NCBI GenBank assembly: GCA_029856125.1 | Contig: JAHQWJ010000124.1 | Span: forward strand, 1 to 18,934 | Direction: 5' to 3' | Length of the DNA: 18,934 nucleotides | Origin: Promethearchaeia archaeon | GTDB taxonomy: Archaea > Asgardarchaeota > Lokiarchaeia > Sigyniarchaeales > SOKP01 | Shown here: piece after piece, positions 1 to 9,269 of the stretch | Layout: every line of letters begins with the position of its first letter | Numbering within the stretch: position 1 is the first letter of the stretch | Made by a program: the position numbers and the translations under genes | The notes under the pieces: generated by a model | The model's database searches: none | Seen by the model: only the letters and a program-made list of their open reading frames with translations | Told to the model about the DNA's origin: nothing

Positions 1-2
1 TT

Positions 3-362
3 TCACTGGTCCCACTACTATTCCTTCCTTTCGGAATTTTTACCGCAGCAGCTTTAATAACGAGTATTGGCGATGGTGTTGCTTCTATTATGGGAGTTAG
101 TTTTGGAAGACACCATTTTCCGAAAACAAGTAGTAAAACAATAATAGGTTATATTTCAGGGTTTTTTGCTTCTTTTGGAGTAAGTTTATTTGCCCTCTGG
201 TTATTTGAACCCTATATTTTACCTTTAAAAATGATTGTTATATCTTTGAGTGGAGCTCTAGTTTTTTTAATAATCGATTTGCTAAGTTTAAAGATTGATG
301 ACAATATTTTGAATCCGATCTTCTGTGGATTGGTTATGACCTTCTTTTACATTATTTTGTAA
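3..362 (+). CDS. CTP-dependent polyisoprenoid/dolichol/diacylglycerol kinase family membrane protein (CTP_transf_1), 5'-truncated by window edge
   Basis: Frame is open from base 3 (SLVPLLFLPFGIFTAAALITSIGDGVASIMGVSFGRHH...KTIIG...IDDN). GDGxAxxxGxxFG, KT-x-x-G and DDN are hallmark motifs of the dolichol/phytol/Dgk1 kinase family. Confidence 0.8.
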   Translation, partial: SLVPLLFLPFGIFTAAALITSIGDGVASIMGVSFGRHHFPKTSSKTIIGYISGFFASFGVSLFALWLFEPYILPLKMIVISLSGALVFLIIDLLSLKIDDNILNPIFCGLVMTFFYIIL

Positions 363-478
363 GGGTATATTATCAAATTTATTGAACCTATATCTTTATT
401 AAGGTTGAAGTTTAACATCTATTTCATATTTCTAACAAAAAAATTTAAAATGAAATTAATTCTTAGACCTGAAAAAAA

Positions 479-1747
479 ATGACTGAAACTACTAACAATC
501 AAATTACGAGATCGAAGTCTTACTTCAAATATCTTATAGGCGTATTAATGTTAGTTCAAATTCTTGACACATATAGCACTCTTTATCCTGGTTCAATTCC
601 TTCTTTGATAATGGCTGAATTTTTTCCTGGAGAGCCAACTAATGTAACAAGTTCCATTGCAGCTTTCGCAGCAGGTATTACATCATTTGGGATGTATTTT
701 CTTTTTTTTAATCAATACTTAGTTGATAAGATTGGCAGAAAACGAATGTTGGCAATCACAGTGCTTGGAATGAGCATTGCCTCCTTAGGTATGTTTTTAT
801 CTATTAATTATGTAATGTATGTATGTTTTTCGTTTTTCCTGAATTTTTTCTTTATGAGTGATATCTGGCTAATTTATGCGAATGAAGAGTCAAAACAAGA
901 TAAACGAGCGTTAAACACAAATATCATATTAATGGCAGGATTATTTGGAGCTGTAATAATGGTAATCTCTCGCTTTGTCTTTATTCCAGATCTAAATCCA
1001 TATTGGAGGGGAATGACATTGTTCCCAATGATAATTGGAATTCCCTTAAGCATAGTGATTTATTTTACTCTCAAAGAGACTAATGAATTTCAATCAATGA
1101 AGGAAACCAGAAAGAAAGATTCAAGATCTTTTATTGGAGATATCAAATCAGTTTTTCAAATAGAAAATAAGAAATCGTTTCTGATTATATTAATAATATC
1201 GTTTTTGTTTGGATTTTCGAATCTGTTTATAGGATTATTTGAGAAATTCATTGCGGATGTTATACCTCAATCACAAATAAATATAATGTTTTTCTTAACA
1301 ATTTTCACCGTAATGATAGCGTATTTGACTAATGGGTTTCTGGCGGATCGAATCGGAAGGAAACCATTATTATGTTTATGGTCATTAATATTGCCATTTT
1401 CAGTGGTTGTGTGGGTGTTGGGAGCGAATAGTTCTCAAAACGCGTTTCTAATAGTTTTCATTGGCTACGCAATAAGCCATATCTCTTTTTGGGGATTATG
1501 GGGGATTATTAGAATTGTTGCGATAGAACTAATGCCTACAGATAGAAGAGGCACCGGGATTGGAATTAGAGGGTTAAGCGGAGCTTTAGGCACTACGATT
1601 GGGCTACTAACGAGTAGTTTTGTCATTCTAGGACTAGGTTTGGGGTTAACATTCATAATTTTTGTCTTTGGAAATCTGATAATAGTTCCTTTAGGATTCT
1701 TTTTTGTTGAAGAGACTAAAGGAGTTGATTTAGCAGATATTAAGTAA
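479..1747 (+). CDS. Major facilitator superfamily transporter
   Basis: 422 aa, about 12 hydrophobic segments, MFS motif A in both halves (VDKIGRKR, LADRIGRK), plus ELMPTDRRGTG and a C-terminal ETKG. Confidence 0.9.
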   Translation: MTETTNNQITRSKSYFKYLIGVLMLVQILDTYSTLYPGSIPSLIMAEFFPGEPTNVTSSIAAFAAGITSFGMYFLFFNQYLVDKIGRKRMLAITVLGMSIASLGMFLSINYVMYVCFSFFLNFFFMSDIWLIYANEESKQDKRALNTNIILMAGLFGAVIMVISRFVFIPDLNPYWRGMTLFPMIIGIPLSIVIYFTLKETNEFQSMKETRKKDSRSFIGDIKSVFQIENKKSFLIILIISFLFGFSNLFIGLFEKFIADVIPQSQINIMFFLTIFTVMIAYLTNGFLADRIGRKPLLCLWSLILPFSVVVWVLGANSSQNAFLIVFIGYAISHISFWGLWGIIRIVAIELMPTDRRGTGIGIRGLSGALGTTIGLLTSSFVILGLGLGLTFIIFVFGNLIIVPLGFFFVEETKGVDLADIK

Positions 1748-1786
1748 AAATTATTTTCTAGAAAAAAATATCCATCTTTTTAATTT

Positions 1787-4700
1787 TTATATGAACCCAT
1801 CCATTTTTTGAAATTCAAGAGTTTCAAAGCTTAAAATATCAATACTAATACCAAGAGCATCAATAAATTGTTCTAGAGCTGATTTCAAAAGCTCTTTGTA
1901 TTTTTTTACATCAATATCTTGCAGATTTGCTGATTCAATTACCTTGGCACCGTTTTTATCTTTACTCTTTATAAACCTTATCGTTTCTCCTTTTTGATAA
2001 CTCCTTTTTATTGCATCGATTTCAACCTCACTAGCGTTGTTGTTTTGTGCTTTACTGATTTCCGTCTTTATGAATGTTCTAGCAGCTCTAACATGTTGCG
2101 GTATTGTTTTTATATAATCATCGATTTTCTTATTCATAGTAATATTTATCGCATAATCGTCTAAGCTGAATGTATTAGGCTTTCCTATTTTTTTAAAATT
2201 TGAAAATATAAGATTTTTGATATTTTTTTTTGCTTTTAAAAATTCATCATCATTAGTGACCTCTTTTAGAATTTCTAGTAATTCACTGAAAACTTTTTTA
2301 ATAAATTCTGGTGTGTTTTTCTTCTTTGCTACAAGACCTTTCATGTCAATATGTTTAGTATCTTTATATACTCCAAGATAATTCTTTTTTCTACCAGAAA
2401 GAGCTAAAAATTGGTACGTCTTTTCTTCTTCTAAGTCTAAATCGAGTTCCTTTTTGCTCCAATCTGATATTTCTTGCATTTGAGAACTGGAAGGGCTAAG
2501 AAGAAAAACAGAATCAGTATCACCATAAAGCACTTTAACGCCAAGTTCTTCCGCTTTCTTTATCGTCTGTTTTATGGAGTATTGCCCAATTCCTGTTGTG
2601 CTTTCTGCGACAGGCAAACAAAACAATGGGAAATTTTGAGATCCAAATACGCCATAACTTGCGTTAATGAACACTTTAAGCGCTTGTTGGATAGTATGGT
2701 TATAGCTTCTCTGTTTTTGAGTTAGATTTTTGTCGCTTGATTTCGGTTTAAAGTATTTTACTCTCGTATCCCGGAAAAAACCAACCACATAAGCAAAGAT
2801 TCCCATTTTATGAGTACAAATATGATAAGGAGTTCCTTCAATAAAGTTATCTTCGTCATCTTTGTGAGGACAGAGAACCGTTTCGTAAGATAAATTAAAT
2901 TCCTTTATGATAGAAGGATACAAGGAAGAAAAATCCATAACAACTACATCATAATGAATTCCAGGAACAGGATCGATAACATAAGCACCTTGAAATTTCT
3001 GATCGTTAGATTTTGACATCAATAATCCACCTTTCTTAGCCCTAGAGATTTCTGATTTTCTCGGAATGAGAATATCTTTTCTACGATGTTCGAAATAAAA
3101 AATATTTTGTATCCAAGTTGAAATTTGCCTGCGTATCATTTCGTGAATCGGCAATTTAGTTATCCGGCATAGCAATATGATCAAATTCCATACTAATGAA
3201 TTATTGAATTTAGTTAAGTCTAAAGTTAATATTGAATCTTTCAGATTATACCAAGAAAGAATATCATATTCCATATCGTGAATATCTTCTTCGTGCGCGT
3301 ATTTTTTTTCTCCTAATAGCGCTTCGCTTATAGCGTTTAAAGAAGAACTTTGATAGGATCCTCCAAATGCGTATCCAGAAATACTTCGATTAAAGAAAAA
3401 GTTAAAAATATCTATATGGATTCCTTTCCTTAAATCGCATTCTGATTTCGCCATTATTCCAAATCCCCTTTTTACATGTATTGGATTCAAATCTTTGTCT
3501 ATTTTCAAATTCCCTGCTCTGTGAAACATATAATTTAAGTCAAAATTGTCTCCATTAAAGGTAATAATCACAGGATAATCCCACATAATTCTAAAAGATT
3601 CAGTTAATAATTCTTTTTCAGACTTAAAGAAGTAAAGTTTTGCATCGTCTGGGAAATCGTCATGAAGTTTATCAAAAATCAATCCTTCTCGTTCTAAAAC
3701 ATATACTAATTTCAATCCATCAGAAGCGACAAAAGAAATACTTATAATTTCTTGTTTTGCTAGACTAGCATCAGGGATTCCATAATCGTGTTCTCCAACC
3801 TTTACTTCAATATCTAATGCTAATCGTTTTACATCAGGAATTGGAGTAAGGAAAATATCTATGAATTTCTCTGAAAACTCTTGCATCTCTGGTTTTTCAT
3901 CTTTAAACAGAGTTCTTAGTTCACTTGTTAATTTTTTAGTTTCTTCAGAACTTTCTTTAAAATCGATTTTTTCAAGTTTACCACTATTAATATTGTAAAT
4001 AAGTCCCGGGATTAACTGTCTATCTAAAATGTAATTTAAATGATACCTTATATCCGCTTCCCAGGCTTTTTTCTCGTTTTCAGCGAGGATATTTTTAATA
4101 TTCAGTCCAGATCCTCCAATATCTATGGGGGTATTTCCATATATCTTCGTTATAGGTATTTCTTTGTCAGTAAGCAATTCAAATCGCTTTATTTCTTCAA
4201 ACTTCTTGAAACCTTCATAATCTACAAGTTTTTTTCTTTGCCCCGCTTTATCTGTATAATTTAGCTGTTCAAGGATTGAAATTGGTTCTTTACTTAAACA
4301 ATAAGGCTCGTGATCGGTTGTATCAACCCATATTTTTATCTCGTCGGTGTCTAAATCGTAAAATTTACAATAAGCTTTATTTAATCCACCATCGTAGTCT
4401 ACATCTAAAAGCAAACCTCTCTCCAAATCTTCTACGATTTCTCCCTTTTCAATTAAATAACGAATATATTTCGAACTTACAGATTCTCTTTTAATAAATT
4501 GTAGCTGTATACCATCCTCTTTTAAGCCAAATGGAATGCCTGAACTTTTGAAATAAAGTTTTTTTTGAACTCTTTTTAATATCGGTTCTTCTTCAGCTTT
4601 TATCTCTTCTTTTAGATCGTTTGTTTTAGGAGGTATCTGGGTTTTTAATTGATCTTTCGATTCCTTCTTCTCTTCTTTTGTTTTGCTAATGCTTTTTTCT

Positions 4701-4807
4701 TCTTTATCAGCTTTAGATTTATCTACAAACGAAAAAAGAGATTTTTGTTTATCATCAACGGGAATTTTTTTCTTAAGTTTTTTAGGGCTAGGCAATTTAC
4801 TTACCAA
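1787..4807 (-). CDS. polB1: Family B DNA polymerase, archaeal PolB1 (crenarchaeal Dpo1-like)
   Basis: ExoI DIE, ExoII FNGDNFD, ExoIII YNLKD; motif A DFSSLYPS, B KVFINASYG, C YGDTDS, KKNY. N-terminal LLLDVDYDG..KAYCKFYD resembles Sulfolobus PolB1, with an N-terminal PIP-like QKSLFSF. TTG start. Confidence 0.93.
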   Translation of the reverse strand: MVSKLPSPKKLKKKIPVDDKQKSLFSFVDKSKADKEEKSISKTKEEKKESKDQLKTQIPPKTNDLKEEIKAEEEPILKRVQKKLYFKSSGIPFGLKEDGIQLQFIKRESVSSKYIRYLIEKGEIVEDLERGLLLDVDYDGGLNKAYCKFYDLDTDEIKIWVDTTDHEPYCLSKEPISILEQLNYTDKAGQRKKLVDYEGFKKFEEIKRFELLTDKEIPITKIYGNTPIDIGGSGLNIKNILAENEKKAWEADIRYHLNYILDRQLIPGLIYNINSGKLEKIDFKESSEETKKLTSELRTLFKDEKPEMQEFSEKFIDIFLTPIPDVKRLALDIEVKVGEHDYGIPDASLAKQEIISISFVASDGLKLVYVLEREGLIFDKLHDDFPDDAKLYFFKSEKELLTESFRIMWDYPVIITFNGDNFDLNYMFHRAGNLKIDKDLNPIHVKRGFGIMAKSECDLRKGIHIDIFNFFFNRSISGYAFGGSYQSSSLNAISEALLGEKKYAHEEDIHDMEYDILSWYNLKDSILTLDLTKFNNSLVWNLIILLCRITKLPIHEMIRRQISTWIQNIFYFEHRRKDILIPRKSEISRAKKGGLLMSKSNDQKFQGAYVIDPVPGIHYDVVVMDFSSLYPSIIKEFNLSYETVLCPHKDDEDNFIEGTPYHICTHKMGIFAYVVGFFRDTRVKYFKPKSSDKNLTQKQRSYNHTIQQALKVFINASYGVFGSQNFPLFCLPVAESTTGIGQYSIKQTIKKAEELGVKVLYGDTDSVFLLSPSSSQMQEISDWSKKELDLDLEEEKTYQFLALSGRKKNYLGVYKDTKHIDMKGLVAKKKNTPEFIKKVFSELLEILKEVTNDDEFLKAKKNIKNLIFSNFKKIGKPNTFSLDDYAINITMNKKIDDYIKTIPQHVRAARTFIKTEISKAQNNNASEVEIDAIKRSYQKGETIRFIKSKDKNGAKVIESANLQDIDVKKYKELLKSALEQFIDALGISIDILSFETLEFQKMDGFI

Positions 4808-4951
4808 ATTTAGTAATTCAAATTAATTTACTAGTTATAGTTATTATTATATAGATTTTAATCTCAACTATTCTGAGTTTAATATATTAAGTTATTTAAC
4901 ATATTTAAAAAAAAAGACAGCTAGAGTTTATTTCAATGTTTTAAGTTAAAT

Positions 4952-5299
4952 TCATTGATTTCCTTTATTTTCTCCTAAAACTTTTTTTATTTCTTCAAGA
5001 AGGAGCTGCTTTTCAGCAATGAAAAAATGAAGCTTACTTTTCTCGGGATGTTCACTATAAATAATTTCAGCTAATTCTTTTATTTCGTCTTTTGTTGGTT
5101 CTATAAGTTCCCCATTGACATTTTCATTCAGTAATAAAACCAGATTGTCCGTTTCAAAGGGTTTTATATCATATCCATTTTTTACATTTTTTAGAATCTT
5201 AACTACAAGCTCAGCTAAGTACCAAACCGATTTGTCGTAACTCTCTGTGGAGCGGTAACGTCGATAAGCGAGCACCTCAACTTCTTCTTTAGTAAACAC
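4952..5299 (-). CDS. Small protein with two DUF2934-like helical repeats
   Basis: GTG start with GGAG upstream. Internal duplication TKEEVEVLAYRRY..KSVWYLAE / TKDEIKELAEIIY..KLHFFIAE. Confidence 0.65.
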   Translation of the reverse strand: MFTKEEVEVLAYRRYRSTESYDKSVWYLAELVVKILKNVKNGYDIKPFETDNLVLLLNENVNGELIEPTKDEIKELAEIIYSEHPEKSKLHFFIAEKQLLLEEIKKVLGENKGNQ

Positions 5300-5431
5300 G
5301 ATAACTAGAGCTCCATTCTATAGATTAATAGTATTAGTATTTAAATAAAGAAAAAGTAAAGCTAACTTTTAATTATATGTATTGAACTTTTTCGATGGTA
5401 AAATCGCAAAATTAATAATTAATTCGTCTTT

Positions 5432-5439
5432 TTTATATA
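5432..5439 (+). promoter_or_regulatory. TATA box of tRNA-Thr gene
   Basis: TTTATATA ending 28 nt before the tRNA 5' end. Confidence 0.55.
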
Positions 5440-5467
5440 TCAATTCACGAACTAAGTGTATCTACAT

Positions 5468-5599
5468 GCCTCTGTGGCTTATTTGTGTAATATTTAATTA
5501 CATAAGGCTAAGCGGTATAGCAGCTGACTTGTAATCAGCAGATCGGGGGTTCAAACATAATAGAAAAATCTCTTTATGGAATAAGTCCCTCCAGAGGCT
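5468..5599 (+). tRNA. tRNA-Thr(UGU) with two non-canonical introns (5482-5511 at 14/15; 5555-5584 at 58/59)
   Basis: Removing both inserts gives a clean cloverleaf: acceptor GCCTCTG/CAGAGGC + T73, D arm GCTTAGCGGTATAGC, anticodon arm GCTGA-CT-TGT-AA-TCAGC (TGT at 5530-5532), T arm GGGGG-TTCAAGT-CCCTC. Both junctions form bulge-helix-bulge motifs. CCA is not encoded. Confidence 0.93.
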
Positions 5600-5606
5600 T
5601 TTTTTT
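5599..5606 (+). terminator. Oligo-T terminator after tRNA-Thr
   Basis: T8 run beginning at the discriminator base. Confidence 0.6.
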
Positions 5607-5722
5607 ATCTACATATTTTACAATTCAACATTTTACTCAATACAAAAATTCTACTACGGATAAAATTTGATAAACCAGCACATAATAGGTAAAACTTAAT
5701 TTTAGTATTAAGCTTTAGATAA

Positions 5723-7315
5723 GTGAATTGGATGAATCAGATAAAACATGTAATTTTTTGCATAATTGATGATGTACGTTCTGATCAATTTTTTAAACTT
5801 ATAGATAAAGGTTCACTTCCAAATTTAAAAAAAATAATGGACTCCGGGATTTATTCCAAAAATTGTATAACAGATTTCCCTTCTTTAACTTATCCAACTC
5901 AAGTTTCAATGATGACTGGTACGTATACGGGAAATTACTTGGAGGAACTATGCCACGGGGTGCCCTCGTTTCATTGGATGGAACGAAGAGAAAATCCCCC
6001 TCGTCTAAGATCGTACAATTCAATAGGGTCGGACGAAAGAATTCAAATTTACAAATTAAATGATGATATGGGTACTAATTGTGAAACTATATTCGAAATG
6101 GTCAAAGAAGGTAACACAGTTAGCATTAGTCAATTCATTAGTAGAGGTGCGAGTTATCTTTTCCCCGAGAGAAAAACTAAATTAATCTTATATTACCTCT
6201 TAATAAAACACTCTTATAACATTAACAAGTACATTACGAAAGCTAACTTAGTTGCTGTAAAGAAGTTGCTAAAAACTTTTGAAAAACCAAAGAAATTTTT
6301 TAATACCAAAGATACTCCGATTGTATCTAACCTGTTATTCGTTTCTTCAGATGTAATGATGCATCTTTACGGTTTTGATTCAGAGTTATATGAACTAAAT
6401 TTGTTAAACATAGATAAAGCACTTGGAATCTTGCTTGAAGGATTAGGAAAATTAGGTCATCTGAATGAAACAGCTTTTGTTATATCCTCTGATCATGGGA
6501 ATTATAAAGCAAAAGCTTTAGGTGATTTTGGGGACTTTTTTAATGAAAATGGTCTAAATAATTACCATCCTCGAAAGGCTGTTAACGGAAATATGAATTT
6601 GGGGGGTTTTAACAGTGTAGGGTTTTTTAATTTTAAATCCAACAACAATGGTAATGGACATAATTGGAATCACCCTACCATTTCAGAAATGGAGAACTAT
6701 GGTCCAAAACGAATCAACCTATTAGAAAAGTTATTTGATATTAAAGGCGTCCGTCTAATGTATTATTGTGAAGAGGGGAACACTTCAAAAAAAGGAAAAA
6801 TCAACTTAAAAAGAAAGGATCAAAGTACTGGTAAAATTGTAAAAAGTTCTATAGAATATACAGGGCATGGTAAAGAATTTAAAACCAAATACTCCACAGA
6901 AGCAGTTGATAGCGATGTGTTTAATTATATCAACGATGATATAGCAAGTAGGTTATTAGATAATAAATTTCACACTATAAATGAATGGTTAGATGCTACT
7001 TTTCACATTGACTTTCCTTTATACCCAGATTTGCTTTCGCGGAACTTTAAAAATCCAAGGAGGGCAGACATAATTGTAAGCACTTGCGGTGATGTTGCGT
7101 ATAATATTAAACACGGCAGAAAGGAAAACAAAAATATGTATTTACATGATATAGGTCTTAAAAAATCAACAGTTGTTCCACTTATTATCGGAGGATCGAA
7201 AGAGATACCGGTTAAAGAAATATCTCATTGTAAGATTACAGATATTGTCCCAACTCTTCTAAAAATGTTAGGAAAAAAACCACATCCTAGCGTTGTCGGT
7301 GAAAGCTTAATTTGA
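5723..7315 (+). CDS. Alkaline phosphatase superfamily / type I phosphodiesterase-nucleotide pyrophosphatase
   Basis: IIDDVR metal ligand, FPSLTYP..SMMTG (Thr nucleophile), DVMMH, SSDHG, late His (YLHD), and the DIVPTLL tail. True start may be ATG 5732. Confidence 0.85.
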   Translation: MNWMNQIKHVIFCIIDDVRSDQFFKLIDKGSLPNLKKIMDSGIYSKNCITDFPSLTYPTQVSMMTGTYTGNYLEELCHGVPSFHWMERRENPPRLRSYNSIGSDERIQIYKLNDDMGTNCETIFEMVKEGNTVSISQFISRGASYLFPERKTKLILYYLLIKHSYNINKYITKANLVAVKKLLKTFEKPKKFFNTKDTPIVSNLLFVSSDVMMHLYGFDSELYELNLLNIDKALGILLEGLGKLGHLNETAFVISSDHGNYKAKALGDFGDFFNENGLNNYHPRKAVNGNMNLGGFNSVGFFNFKSNNNGNGHNWNHPTISEMENYGPKRINLLEKLFDIKGVRLMYYCEEGNTSKKGKINLKRKDQSTGKIVKSSIEYTGHGKEFKTKYSTEAVDSDVFNYINDDIASRLLDNKFHTINEWLDATFHIDFPLYPDLLSRNFKNPRRADIIVSTCGDVAYNIKHGRKENKNMYLHDIGLKKSTVVPLIIGGSKEIPVKEISHCKITDIVPTLLKMLGKKPHPSVVGESLI

Positions 7316-7369
7316 ATTATCCACAAATCTGTAGTAAAAAATGAATGAGGCTTTTTTAAACCTCAATTT

Positions 7370-8479
7370 TTAAGTTGCTTTTAACCTTGGAGGAGGTACA
7401 AAAACTTCCCGGTTCCCTGTTCGTTCTAATTTCATTGCATTTTCGGGACAATGGTGAACACATACACCGCAACCAATACATCTACTACTATTAATTACAG
7501 CGATATCTTCGACCAAATCAATTGCTTCCATAGGACACTTCTCTACACATGTTCCACATCCTACGCATAAATCCTCTTTGACTTCCGCTAAATAACTTGT
7601 ATAGCAATGGTAAGGCGAAATACCCTTCCAAAAAAGCGAAAATATCCCACAACAGCATTTACAGCAGTTACAAATAGCTTCTTCATCCAATTCTGGTTTG
7701 AGGTGAATATGGAACGCTTTATGAACCAGTCCTTCATCAGATGCTTTACTGATTATTGATTTTGCGTCACTTTTTGAGATTTTGTCTCCAAATTTATGTT
7801 CTATAGCAAATTGAGCGCTTTTCCCTAATAGAAAGCAATTTAATCGCTCATCTGTTACGGTACATGAGTGTTCAAGCAAATCTTTTTCATGTCTACAGTA
7901 ACAATGAACCAGAGCAATATCTTCATACTTATCTACTATTCTAGAAGCTTCTTCATGCGGCAATATCTTATCAACGGGAACATCTTTAATTTCCTCTTCA
8001 ACGGGGACAACTCTTGTTATTGGAGGGAATTTTTTATATTGTTCTACGATAGTATCGTAATTTTTTTGAGCTCCTTTACTTAATTCCTTAAAAATATTGT
8101 CGAAAATTTGTGCAAGTTTCTTCTGTTTTTCTCCCGTTTCGCCTCTCATGAACTGCATTTCAAAAATACCGGGGTAGGGTCCGAGAAGTCTATACACCAT
8201 GACACCTGATCTCCTACTAGGAACACCAACGATAACTCCTTTGTTCATTAAATCGTTTAATATCAGTGTTAAAACTTCCTCATCCAAATTAGTCATATCT
8301 TTTAACTGATCAATGCTTAGCGACGGCTTTCTGAAAACTGCGATAAACTCAGCTTGTTCTTCAGTCATAATCAATTTCAAAAGCTCAATAAGATCATCGT
8401 TAACTGCCATAGGAAGTTGCCCTGCTTTGACTATTGTTCGCGCTGCTTTATACCATACCTTACTAGGTTCTTTATCCAT
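7370..8479 (-). CDS. Iron-sulfur protein: N-terminal HTH-like region, Cys-rich core, C-terminal 2x[4Fe-4S] ferredoxin domain
   Basis: CVGCGTCVEKCP and CIGCGVCVHHCP; also CYCR, GLVH, ICNCCKCCCG. Confidence 0.85.
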   Translation of the reverse strand: MDKEPSKVWYKAARTIVKAGQLPMAVNDDLIELLKLIMTEEQAEFIAVFRKPSLSIDQLKDMTNLDEEVLTLILNDLMNKGVIVGVPSRRSGVMVYRLLGPYPGIFEMQFMRGETGEKQKKLAQIFDNIFKELSKGAQKNYDTIVEQYKKFPPITRVVPVEEEIKDVPVDKILPHEEASRIVDKYEDIALVHCYCRHEKDLLEHSCTVTDERLNCFLLGKSAQFAIEHKFGDKISKSDAKSIISKASDEGLVHKAFHIHLKPELDEEAICNCCKCCCGIFSLFWKGISPYHCYTSYLAEVKEDLCVGCGTCVEKCPMEAIDLVEDIAVINSSRCIGCGVCVHHCPENAMKLERTGNREVFVPPPRLKAT

Positions 8480-8609
8480 TAATTATCATCTTCTTAAAAT
8501 GAAATTTTTCAAAAATAATTAGATTGATAAGTTTTTAATTTAATTAAAATTCTGTGTTTAAGGGATAGTATAGCTTTTTTTTACACTTCAGCTTCTTAGT
8601 CTTAAATTA

Positions 8610-9023
8610 TTAGAGCGGTTCTCGTACTAAAAAATAGACTTTTTTACTGTTACAATTGGGGCAGTTTACATGGCGATCTTTAGAAGCTAATTCATCTTTC
8701 CATTCTTCATCGCAATTTAAGCATCCGTATCCTTTATAATCTTGCTTAAGATTAACTGTCCCTCCATAAACGCGGATATCTTTTCCTTCTATAAGAGCCA
8801 GGGTAATTTTCTCGTGAGCTTTCTCTAAAATTCGCGAAAATGTAGGTTGGGACACTCCCATGGTATCAGCGGAACTTTTTTGGGTTAAAGAAATGTAATG
8901 CTTTAACCTTAAGGCTTCGAATTCGGCGATGTTTAATCCAACTGACGAATTATCATTTTCAGATTGAAAATAGAAATTATGTGGCGGATCTTTAACCTGT
9001 CTTAACCTCGTATGACGACCCAT
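8610..9023 (-). CDS. DUF134 (UPF0251) HTH protein with C-terminal zinc ribbon
   Basis: EFEALRLKHY..LTQ..A..MGVSQPTFSRILEKAH.KI..ALIEGK, followed by CLNC...CPNC. Confidence 0.88.
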   Translation of the reverse strand: MGRHTRLRQVKDPPHNFYFQSENDNSSVGLNIAEFEALRLKHYISLTQKSSADTMGVSQPTFSRILEKAHEKITLALIEGKDIRVYGGTVNLKQDYKGYGCLNCDEEWKDELASKDRHVNCPNCNSKKVYFLVREPL

Positions 9024-9269
9024 TTAATTTACTACACCTTTTTCAAATAATTATTCAATAAATATAAATTTAATTAAAATTAAAATTAGATTTTAAGTAA
9101 TCGGTTATAGAATATAAACTAAGCTAAGTTCTAAGGATAAAATTTGATATTTACCTATAATATTTGGTTCGTTCTTGCTTAATTGCTTAATCCTTTTCAT
9201 AAGATTTTTATCTATTTGTGAATGAGTTAGTACAATTTTTTATTTACAAAAATTTGTTTGGTGTTTTAA

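Noticed and set aside
4766-4786. PKKLKKK in PolB1 as a eukaryote-like nuclear localisation signal
   Set aside because: Lys runs are expected in AT-rich, disordered regions; no supporting evidence.
5691-5716. Imperfect inverted repeat AAAACTTAAT-N6-ATTAAGCTTT before the phosphodiesterase gene
   Set aside because: Almost all A/T with a mismatch; plausible by chance.
5468-5720. tRNA as integration site of a mobile element
   Set aside because: No integrase or transposase and no duplicate of the tRNA 3' end was seen in the window.
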